Source: a virus
Lineage: Duplodnaviria; Caudoviricetes
Direction: 5' to 3' (one strand)
Length of the DNA: 64,000 bases
Virus record (IMG/VR): IMGVR_UViG_3300032283_000551
Location: 1 to 64,000 of that record
In this document: in pieces, positions 57,455 to 63,485 of the stretch
Position numbering within the stretch: position 1 is the first letter of the stretch
Layout of the letters: the number at the start of each line of letters is the position of its first letter
Made by a program: the position numbers and the translations under genes
Notes under the pieces: generated by a model
Seen by the model: the letters and a program-made list of their open reading frames with translations, nothing else
What the model was told of the DNA's origin: nothing
The model's database searches: none

Positions 57455-58108
57455 ATGAAGATTAATAATAAGACCCTGAATATTCTTAAGAACTTTGCAA
57501 CTATTAATCCCTCAATTATTGTAAAGCCTGGAAATATTCTAAAGACAATCTCCTCGAGCAAGACCATTCTTGCTCGGGCTGAGGTTCCCGATACATTTGA
57601 ATACCCATTTGCAATTTACAATCTGTCTCAGTTTATTGGTTGTATTTCAATGTTTACGGATCCGGATCTTGACTTTGATGAAAGTTCTGTGACCATCAGC
57701 GATGGGAAGAATAAGATCGTATATCACTATGCTGATTCCTCGATCATTCTTGCGCCACCTGATAAAGATATTAATATTCCATCGGTTGATGCAGAATTTA
57801 AGATTTCAGCAACTGATATTCCTAGTGTTGCCAAGGCACTCAGTATTCTTGAACTTACTGAAATTGCATTTGTCGGCGATGGTGATAATATCCTTATTCA
57901 AGCTATTGACAGTAAAAACCCATCCTCAAATCAATATAGTGTAAAGGTTGGTGCTACCGATAAGGTTTTTAAGGCTATTTTCAAGCCTGATAATCTTAAG
58001 ATGGTTCCTGATGACTATGTTGTCACACTTTCTTCTAAGGGCCTTTCAAAGTTTGTTGGTACTGAGGCTACATACTACGTAGCTATTGAGGCAACAAGCA
58101 CTTTTTGA
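57455..58108 (+). CDS. gp45: Sliding clamp gp45
   Basis: TL.ILKNFATIN.SI; FAIYNL.QF; F....K..NLK..P.DY.V; Y.VA.E. Confidence 0.92.
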   Translation: MKINNKTLNILKNFATINPSIIVKPGNILKTISSSKTILARAEVPDTFEYPFAIYNLSQFIGCISMFTDPDLDFDESSVTISDGKNKIVYHYADSSIILAPPDKDINIPSVDAEFKISATDIPSVAKALSILELTEIAFVGDGDNILIQAIDSKNPSSNQYSVKVGATDKVFKAIFKPDNLKMVPDDYVVTLSSKGLSKFVGTEATYYVAIEATSTF

Positions 58109-58137
58109 TTTACAATATAGTATTATTGGTGTATAAT
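58109..58137 (+). promoter_or_regulatory. sigma70-type promoter upstream of gp44
   Basis: TTTACA-17-TATAAT. Confidence 0.7.
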
Positions 58138-58167
58138 AGGGTAGGGTGTATAACTCTACCCTTTTTT
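58138..58167 (+). terminator. Terminator-like hairpin between gp45 and gp44
   Basis: AGGGTAGGG-TGTATAA-CTCTACCCT followed by a T run. Confidence 0.65.
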
Positions 58168-58183
58168 ATGATGGAGAATTTAA

Positions 58184-59122
58184 ATGCTTGAGCAATTTTT
58201 GTGGGTGGAAAAGTATCGTCCAAAGAAGATTAGTGATACTATTCTTCCGATCGAACTAAAGAAAACGTTTCAGCAATTTGTAGATCAAAAGAATATTCCA
58301 AATCTACTCCTCACCGGTTCGGCAGGTGTTGGTAAGACTACCGTAGCTAAGGCCATGCTCGAAGAACTTGGTTGTGATTATATTGTCATTAACGGCTCGA
58401 TGAATGGTAACATCGATACGCTTCGTAATGAAATCCAAAACTTTGCTTCTACCGTATCGTTCGCTGGTGGTCGTAAATATGTAATTCTTGATGAGGCGGA
58501 TTATCTAAATCCTAACTCTACACAACCTGCTCTCCGTAATTTTATGGAAGAGTTCAGTCGTAATTGTGGGTTTATTCTTACATGTAATTATAAGAATCGA
58601 ATCATTGCACCTCTACATTCCAGATGTTCGGTCGTTGATTTTAGTATTCCTAAGGATTGTAAGCCCAAGTTGGCATCGCAATTCTTTAAGCGTGTAATTG
58701 GTATTCTTGATTCCGAAAAAATTTCATACGATCAAGCCGTTGTTGCAAATGTTATCCAAAAGCACTTTCCCGACTGGAGGCGTGTGCTTAATGAATTGCA
58801 GCGCTATAGTGCTATCGGTTCTATTGACTCAGGTATTCTGACCAATTTCCAGGACCTATCAGTCAAGCAAATCTTTGATGCATGCAAGAAGAAGGATTTT
58901 GATGGAGTTCGGAAATGGGTTCATGATAATAGTGATCAAGATCAGGTTGCCGTATTTCGTTCGGTCTACGAAAATTCATTTGAATATGTTTCAAAGAAGT
59001 CTATCCCTGAACTGATTGTTATTATTGCTGATTATCAATACAAAGCGGCATTTGTGGTCAACCATGAAATTAATATGTTGGCATTCTTTGTAGAACTCAT
59101 GATGCGTCTGGAGTGGCAATAA
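58184..59122 (+). CDS. gp44: Clamp loader large subunit gp44
   Basis: LWVEKYRP, G.AGVGKTT, ILDEADYL, Q.ALR.F.EEFS.NC.FILTCN, LHSRC. Confidence 0.96.
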   Translation: MLEQFLWVEKYRPKKISDTILPIELKKTFQQFVDQKNIPNLLLTGSAGVGKTTVAKAMLEELGCDYIVINGSMNGNIDTLRNEIQNFASTVSFAGGRKYVILDEADYLNPNSTQPALRNFMEEFSRNCGFILTCNYKNRIIAPLHSRCSVVDFSIPKDCKPKLASQFFKRVIGILDSEKISYDQAVVANVIQKHFPDWRRVLNELQRYSAIGSIDSGILTNFQDLSVKQIFDACKKKDFDGVRKWVHDNSDQDQVAVFRSVYENSFEYVSKKSIPELIVIIADYQYKAAFVVNHEINMLAFFVELMMRLEWQ

Positions 59123-59643
59123 TGGCTGTTAAGCCCAAGCGTGGTAAACAAGCCGAAAAGGTAGATCCTAATTCTATATCTACCATTTTCGGCAGGGTAG
59201 TGAAACACGAAGAGAAGGAAGAAAAGGGCGCCAACATTAATCCATTTTCGTTTATCAACGATATTAATTTTGGTAAAGAATATATCTACAGCGATGAAAC
59301 AAAGTCATCGTTTGAGCCCTATATCGTCACCAAGGCCATGTCTATCTTTCCAGACACTCTTTCTGATGCTATCTTTTTAAACTCAAATTTTCATCTCGAT
59401 GAAAAGATGCAACATGACTACCTATTCTATAAGGTAGCCAAGCGCAAGAGATTCAAAAAGGATGCATGGTTTAAAAAGACAGAGGATGAAAAAAAGGAAT
59501 TAAAAATCCTCAAGGATATTGGTAAAATCATTAATTATAATCTAAATGAAACAAAACGATTCTGGAATATGCTTACAGAAGTACAAAGGAAAGACTTCCT
59601 GGAACAATATGTCTATCCAGACTCAAAGAATAAAACTAAATAA
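59122..59643 (+). CDS. gp62: Clamp loader small subunit gp62
   Basis: PF.FINDI; YI..KA.S.FPDT..A..LN; Q.DYL...V.KRKRF..W.K; between gp44 and regA. Confidence 0.85.
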   Translation: MAVKPKRGKQAEKVDPNSISTIFGRVVKHEEKEEKGANINPFSFINDINFGKEYIYSDETKSSFEPYIVTKAMSIFPDTLSDAIFLNSNFHLDEKMQHDYLFYKVAKRKRFKKDAWFKKTEDEKKELKILKDIGKIINYNLNETKRFWNMLTEVQRKDFLEQYVYPDSKNKTK

Positions 59644-59675
59644 ATAAAGGAAAATAATAATGAGGTACTGCTGTT

Positions 59676-60074
59676 ATGTCTATAATGGAAACATTCCTGG
59701 AAGTGAAACTTGCTGAGGAAGAAGATTTCTTAAAAATTAAAGAAACTCTTACTCGTATTGGTATAGCTTCCCATAAAGAGAAGAAGCTATACCAATCTTG
59801 TCATATTTTGCATAATCGCGGTAGATATTTCATAGTTCATTTTAAAGAACTATTTCTACTTGATGGTAAAGAATCTGATTTTACTGAAGATGATATTGGT
59901 CGTCGTAATACCATAGCAAGTCTTGTAGAGCAGTGGGGTTTATTCCGAATCGTTGACTATAAACGATTTGAGGAACCAAAAACACCTCTAAATAAGATTA
60001 AGGTTCTACCTTTTAAAGATAAAGATGAATGGACTCTTGTATCCAAATATACGGTGGGCAAGAAAAAGCGATAA
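59676..60074 (+). CDS. regA: Translational repressor RegA
   Basis: DFLKIKETLTRIGIAS...KLYQSCHILH..GRYFIVHFKELF.LDG. Confidence 0.96.
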   Translation: MSIMETFLEVKLAEEEDFLKIKETLTRIGIASHKEKKLYQSCHILHNRGRYFIVHFKELFLLDGKESDFTEDDIGRRNTIASLVEQWGLFRIVDYKRFEEPKTPLNKIKVLPFKDKDEWTLVSKYTVGKKKR

Positions 60075-60088
60075 GGATATATTTTGTA

Positions 60089-60439
60089 ATGTTTAAGTGG
60101 TTATTTAAGCCTAAAGAAGTGAAAATTATTATACGCGATAGAGAACTTCAAAGACTAACAGATCTTCTATTCCCACCTCTCGAGCGAATTGAACGTGACG
60201 GTGATCTTTACCAGGTGGATTATTCAGTCGATATGAACCTGGATTCAGCACTTCAAGATCTTAAGGATGGTTCAAACGACAAAACCACCCAAGAGACCAT
60301 CTCAAGGGTGTTGGATCGACTGATTGAAGCTAGAAAAATACTAAATGCTTATCCGGTGTTAGATGAGAATACCAAGTTTCTCATCGTGGATAATCTACCT
60401 AACGAAAAAGAAAGAGAGATTAATCCTTCTCGGGACTAA
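60089..60439 (+). CDS. Hypothetical protein
   Basis: ATG at 60089 after AGGA; 116 aa; converges with the minus-strand island. Confidence 0.55.
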   Translation: MFKWLFKPKEVKIIIRDRELQRLTDLLFPPLERIERDGDLYQVDYSVDMNLDSALQDLKDGSNDKTTQETISRVLDRLIEARKILNAYPVLDENTKFLIVDNLPNEKEREINPSRD

Positions 60440-60557
60440 CCTTCTCTTTACTTCGCTTATAAATCTTTTTAGACTCGACGACTCGTTTTCTGAACAAAGG
60501 TGTGTGCAGAGCCCGAGCAATTGGATTCCGCTTTTTGGGAACCGGGCGCTTTTGCAT
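60420..60557 (-). CDS. ArfA-like small basic protein (45 aa)
   Basis: AAGGAG RBS before ATG at 60557; MQKRPVPKKRNPIARALHTPLFRKRVVESKKIYKRSKEKVSPEKD aligns with the E. coli ArfA core [23 protein letters not shown].RK. Confidence 0.55.
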   Translation of the reverse strand: MQKRPVPKKRNPIARALHTPLFRKRVVESKKIYKRSKEKVSPEKD

Positions 60558-61017
60558 AACTTTTCTCCTTCTTATGTTTATTAAAACCAAGATAAAGTTC
60601 TGATTCCATACCGTGAGCCTCAACCTCCCATGGCCAGGTGAAATAACCCCCATCATTTTTTGAGTGATGGATATTATGCCAGGAACACACAGAAGAGTCT
60701 CTTAGGTAATCTTTAAGTTGACCTAGCGCATATTGTTTCACATGGACCATCTCATGCGCTAGCGCCAGCAAAGTCCGTTTTTTACCCATATCACCATCAA
60801 TGCGGATCGTAAACTCACGTGGTCGGATATTAATATCTTCCCACACACAATCCGCATCAATTTTATCTTTACGAACAAGTCCTTTCACAACCACAACTCG
60901 GATTTCGATATTCCTCAGCAGTCGTTTGCTCATCATGGTTTCCCCATAATGGACCAGCGACTCAAAGATCATATTCGGATCAACCTTTGACGGCCGATCA
61001 ATGAGTGTGATATGCAT
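60469..61017 (-). CDS. Zincin-like metallopeptidase (HExxH)
   Basis: LAHEMVHVKQY...PWEVEA. Confidence 0.75.
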   Translation of the reverse strand: MHITLIDRPSKVDPNMIFESLVHYGETMMSKRLLRNIEIRVVVVKGLVRKDKIDADCVWEDINIRPREFTIRIDGDMGKKRTLLALAHEMVHVKQYALGQLKDYLRDSSVCSWHNIHHSKNDGGYFTWPWEVEAHGMESELYLGFNKHKKEKSYAKAPGSQKAESNCSGSAHTFVQKTSRRV

Positions 61018-61226
61018 TAAAACTTATTCTTAGAAATATGATTCTTAGCATCCTTTTGAGTCTTAAAGTAAAGGATCGAACCATCACGGGCCCGGAGGTT
61101 ATTTTGCATGGTGGAATCCCACACAAAGAATTCACGGGTCAATGTGGATTCCATGACCTGGAAACGATTTTTGATCAGTTCCGAGACATAGTATCCTGGC
61201 AAGTTAATCTGAAGTATGACTGTCAT
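61017..61226 (-). CDS. Small hypothetical early protein
   Basis: First ORF downstream of the minus-strand promoter at 61279-61251; RBS-like GAGGATAG. Confidence 0.6.
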   Translation of the reverse strand: MTVILQINLPGYYVSELIKNRFQVMESTLTREFFVWDSTMQNNLRARDGSILYFKTQKDAKNHISKNKF

Positions 61227-61250
61227 ATATCTATCCTCAATTTATAAGTT

Positions 61251-61279
61251 ATTATAACAAACTTTCGGGGTAAAGTCAA
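61251..61279 (-). promoter_or_regulatory. sigma70-type promoter of the minus-strand island
   Basis: TTTTG-TTGACT-17-TATAAT. Confidence 0.75.
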
Positions 61280-61325
61280 CAAAAGTTTTGTTAACATTTT
61301 GTAATCCGATTCGACGATTTTTTGG

Positions 61326-61354
61326 TTGACATACCCCTCGAAATGGGATATATT
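61326..61354 (+). promoter_or_regulatory. sigma70-type promoter, divergent partner
   Basis: TTTTTGG-TTGACA-17-TATATT. Confidence 0.78.
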
Positions 61355-61382
61355 ACATATATAAACAAGGGAATACCTAAAT

Positions 61383-61601
61383 ATGCTAACAGTCACTATC
61401 GATGTAGAACAAGCCGATAAAATTGTTATTTCACATTTGACCAATACTGTTGGTGTTCTTATTGATATTATTGAGTTGAATAACAAGAATCCGAATGAAG
61501 ACACCAATTCATATAATCAAGAATTGATGAATGAGATTCAATCCATCAATAAAGTTATTGAATATTTTGGTGGAACTAAGGTTAAGGTACCTTTTAGCTA
61601 A
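61383..61601 (+). CDS. Small hypothetical early protein
   Basis: Downstream of the TTGACA-17-TATATT promoter; AAGGG RBS. Confidence 0.6.
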   Translation: MLTVTIDVEQADKIVISHLTNTVGVLIDIIELNNKNPNEDTNSYNQELMNEIQSINKVIEYFGGTKVKVPFS

Positions 61602-61609
61602 TAAGTTTT

Positions 61610-61694
61610 GCGGGCTTGGTGAAATGGTAGACACAAGAGACTTAAAATCTCTCGGCTAAAAGCTGTACCGGTTCGAGTCCGGTAGCCCGCACCA
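61610..61694 (+). tRNA. tRNA-Leu(UAA)
   Basis: GCGGGCT/AGCCCGC acceptor, AGAGA-CT TAA AA-TCTCT, long variable arm, encoded CCA. Confidence 0.93.
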
Positions 61695-61737
61695 ACTACC
61701 TAAGATTAAAAATTACTAAATGTTAATACTTTTTTGG

Positions 61738-61766
61738 TTGACAGACATTCAAATCTATGGTATAAT
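61738..61766 (+). promoter_or_regulatory. sigma70-type promoter in the tRNA array
   Basis: TTTTTGG-TTGACA-17-TATAAT upstream of tRNA-Lys(UUU). Confidence 0.82.
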
Positions 61767-61785
61767 CCACATATAAACAAATTGA

Positions 61786-61860
61786 GGATCCTTAGTTCAG
61801 CGGTAGAACACCGGACTTTTAATCCGTATGCCCTGGGTTCAAATCCCAGAGGATCCTCCA
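61786..61860 (+). tRNA. tRNA-Lys(UUU)
   Basis: GGATCCT/AGGATCC acceptor, loop CT TTT AA, TTCAAAT T-loop, U73, CCA. Confidence 0.88.
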
Positions 61861-61893
61861 TTTGTTTGACCTTTATTATGAAAGATATATATT

Positions 61894-62073
61894 ATGTCGG
61901 AAGATTATAGGATTCAATTTTTGGATAATTCAGGTTGGCGTACTTGTGTTACCTTTACTTCCCGAGCCGATGGTGCTATGGTAATGAGGGAAATGCAACA
62001 AGCCCAGGTGTATTATCCGGAATACCGAATTCGATGTGTTGACCACAATGATCGACTGATTGATATGCTATAA
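61894..62073 (+). CDS. Small hypothetical protein (59 aa) within the tRNA array
   Basis: MSEDYRIQFLDNSGWRTCVT...YRIRCVDHNDRLIDML fills the gap between tRNA-Lys and tRNA-Trp. Confidence 0.55.
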   Translation: MSEDYRIQFLDNSGWRTCVTFTSRADGAMVMREMQQAQVYYPEYRIRCVDHNDRLIDML

Positions 62074-62083
62074 ATAAGTCTGT

Positions 62084-62157
62084 GTCGGTGAAGTGTTATG
62101 GTAGCACGTAAGTCTCCAAAACTTGAGGCGAGGGTTCGACTCCTTCCACCGATGCCA
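62084..62157 (+). tRNA. tRNA-Trp(CCA)
   Basis: TAAGT-CT CCA AA-ACTTG, G73, CCA. Confidence 0.9.
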
Positions 62158-62166
62158 ATAAGTTTA

Positions 62167-62244
62167 GGGCCAGTCTTCTAATTGGACTAGGAATCCAGAT
62201 TTTCAATCTGTTCAATGCGGGTTCGAGTCCCGTCTGGCCTACCA
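62167..62244 (+). tRNA. tRNA-Glu(UUC)
   Basis: CAGA-TT TTC AA-TCTG, TTCGAGT T-loop, CCA. Confidence 0.88.
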
Positions 62245-62281
62245 AGTTTTCTGTTGTTTGACAATTTGAATGTATAAATAA

Positions 62282-62353
62282 GAACGGGTAGCTCAGAGGA
62301 AGAGCGGATGCCTCTTAAGCATCGGGTCGAGATTTCGAAATTCTCCCTGTTCA
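62282..62353 (+). tRNA. tRNA-Lys(CUU), CCA not encoded
   Basis: GAACGGG/CCTGTTC acceptor, GATGC-CT CTT AA-GCATC. Confidence 0.88.
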
Positions 62354-62358
62354 TATTT

Positions 62359-62433
62359 GGATCCTTGGTCGAGTGGCTTAGGCAGAGGTCTGCAAAACCT
62401 TTTACAGTGGTTCAATTCCACTAGGATCCTCCA
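62359..62433 (+). tRNA. tRNA-Cys(GCA)
   Basis: GAGGT-CT GCA AA-ACCTT, U73, CCA. Confidence 0.92.
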
Positions 62434-62439
62434 GAGTTT

Positions 62440-62514
62440 TGGTTAGTAGCTCAATGGTAGAGCAGGTGACTGTTAATCACCCGGTTACAGGTTCGAGTCC
62501 TGTCTAGCCAGCCA
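62440..62514 (+). tRNA. tRNA-Asn(GUU)
   Basis: GGTGA-CT GTT AA-TCACC, G73, CCA. Confidence 0.93.
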
Positions 62515-62518
62515 GGTC

Positions 62519-62637
62519 GCACAAAAACTGTTCCTATCCGGTTTTGTGCATTTTGTAGATAGGATACGCTCTTACTGTCTGGGGGTAAGAGAAGAGATAA
62601 ACTTGCTATTGAAATCAATGGTGGGTTAGCCCAGACC
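62519..62637 (+). ncRNA. Candidate double-pseudoknot ncRNA between tRNA-Asn and tRNA-Ile
   Basis: Stem GCACAAAA/TTTTGTGC with loop TCCTATC pairing with GATAGGA; stem CTCTTAC/GTAAGAG with loop GTCTGGG pairing with CCCAGAC. Confidence 0.55.
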
Positions 62638-62643
62638 AAATTT

Positions 62644-62719
62644 GCTTCCTTAGCTCAGCTGGTAGAGCATTCGGTTGATAACCGAAAGGTCGATGGGTCG
62701 GGACCATCAGGAAGCACCA
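62644..62719 (+). tRNA. tRNA-Ile(GAU) with non-canonical T-loop
   Basis: TTCGG-TT GAT AA-CCGAA; T-loop GTCGGGA; A73, CCA. Confidence 0.88.
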
Positions 62720-62724
62720 AGTTT

Positions 62725-62799
62725 GCCGGATTAGCACAGCGGTAGTGCAATCGCCTTGTAAGCGATAGGTCGGGAGTTCAATCCTCTCATCCGGCACCA
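62725..62799 (+). tRNA. tRNA-Thr(UGU)
   Basis: ATCGC-CT TGT AA-GCGAT, CCA. Confidence 0.93.
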
Positions 62800-62805
62800 T
62801 ATTTT

Positions 62806-62895
62806 GGACGTGACATCGGGTGATGACAAGGGCCTTATATTCCCTTTGCAGCTGATTACTGCTTGGATAGGATTCGAATTCCTACACGTCTACCA
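62806..62895 (+). tRNA. Atypical tRNA-like RNA, probable UAU anticodon, tiny D-arm, long variable arm
   Basis: GGACGTG/CACGTCT-A-CCA acceptor; TAGGA-TTCGAAT-TCCTA T-arm; CATC-GGGT-GATG; AAGGG-CCTTATATT-CCCTT; GCAG-CTGATTA-CTGC. Confidence 0.65.
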
Positions 62896-62898
62896 AAC

Positions 62899-62995
62899 TC
62901 AAAGACTACCAGGATTAAATGGGCTCTCCTGGTTCAAGATGACTGCTAGTAAAACTGATAACCCCACCCATGGTTTGCAGGGCTCTGGTCTTTGA
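62899..62995 (+). ncRNA. Candidate structured ncRNA (closed multibranch with loop-loop pairing)
   Basis: 10-bp closing stem TCAAAGACTA/TGGTCTTTGA; CCAGGA/TCCTGG hairpin whose loop ATGGG complements CCCAT in a second loop. Confidence 0.5.
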
Positions 62996-63003
62996 TACTT
63001 TTT

Positions 63004-63077
63004 GCGGGATTAGTATAATGGTATTATCACAGCCTTCCAAGCTGAGGACAGGGGTTCGATTCCCCTATCCCGCTCCA
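63004..63077 (+). tRNA. tRNA-Gly(UCC)
   Basis: CAGC-CT TCC AA-GCTG, U73, CCA. Confidence 0.93.
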
Positions 63078-63080
63078 TTA

Positions 63081-63211
63081 TTAAGTGTTAGACATGCGTA
63101 ATGACCTACGGCTGGTCATCCCGGGAAACTGGGTTGCATCTTTGATTTGGGAAGAATCCGGATTCGACCCAAAATATCAATGATGTGGGTTCGAATCCCG
63201 CTAACACTTAA
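63081..63211 (+). ncRNA. 131-nt tRNA-like ncRNA with T-arm and extended terminal stem
   Basis: 10-bp TTAAGTGTTA/TAACACTTAA stem next to GTGGG-TTCGAAT-CCCGC; internal hairpins ATGACC/GGTCAT, CCCGG-GAAA-CTGGG and TTGAT..TTTGGG/CCCAAA..ATCAA. Confidence 0.65.
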
Positions 63212-63220
63212 CATTATTAT

Positions 63221-63293
63221 AGCAGAGAGGATTGGTATCCCATCTAGGCTCATAACCTAGACCACGGTTGTTCGATTCAACCCTCTGTTACCA
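63221..63293 (+). tRNA. tRNA(CAU) (Met/fMet/Ile2 undetermined) with minimal D-arm
   Basis: AGCAGAG/CTCTGTT-A-CCA; GGAT-TGGT-ATCC D-arm; TCTAGG-CT CAT AA-CCTAGA. Confidence 0.8.
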
Positions 63294-63297
63294 CTAT

Positions 63298-63366
63298 GGC
63301 GCTAGAACAGGTGTTCCGGTCGATCTCATAAGTCGACTTGTGTTGGATCGTTACCAACTAGCGCCT
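63298..63366 (+). tRNA. Atypical tRNA(CAU), minimal D-arm, ATCGTTA T-loop, no CCA
   Basis: GGCGCTA/TAGCGCC; GAAC-AGGT-GTTC; GTCGAT-CT CAT AA-GTCGAC; GTTGG-ATCGTTA-CCAAC. Confidence 0.65.
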
Positions 63367-63374
63367 TATAAATA
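63367..63374 (+). promoter_or_regulatory. Late promoter TATAAATA upstream of the tRNA-Ser pair
   Basis: Exact consensus; further copies at 62069 and 62273. Confidence 0.6.
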
Positions 63375-63386
63375 AGTTACTAATAT

Positions 63387-63477
63387 GGATAGGTGGCCGA
63401 GTGGTTGAAGGCTCTAGTCTTGAAAACTAGCGAGGGTTAAGAGCCCTCCGTGGGTTCGAATCCCACCCTATCCTCCA
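63387..63477 (+). tRNA. tRNA-Ser(UGA)
   Basis: CTAGT-CT TGA AA-ACTAG, long variable arm, U73, CCA. Confidence 0.92.
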
Positions 63478-63485
63478 GTTTATTT

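Noticed and set aside
189-59122. Many minus-strand and short alternative-frame ORFs in the track (e.g. 7049-7300, 16056-16442, 28498-28878, 36211-36870, 42805-43323, 56725-57327)
   Set aside because: They overlap well-supported + strand genes, lack RBS or motifs, and reflect codon bias on the opposite strand.
62569-62640. Pistol or hammerhead ribozyme
   Set aside because: Superficial similarity only; the P3/GU cleavage-site and P2 partner of pistol and the CUGANGA/GAAA hammerhead core are absent.
62833-62841. Ochre suppressor (UUA anticodon) and genetic-code reassignment
   Set aside because: That register lacks U33 and a purine at 37; core genes translate cleanly with the standard code and use TAA/TGA/TAG as stops.
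62451-62995. ORFs 62451-62639, 62615-62800 and 62804-62995
   Set aside because: They overlap clear tRNA or structured RNA genes and have no convincing RBS.
62515-63211. One- or two-piece tmRNA
   Set aside because: No G3-U70 alanine acceptor and no tag frame ending in a hydrophobic AA-type degron could be found.
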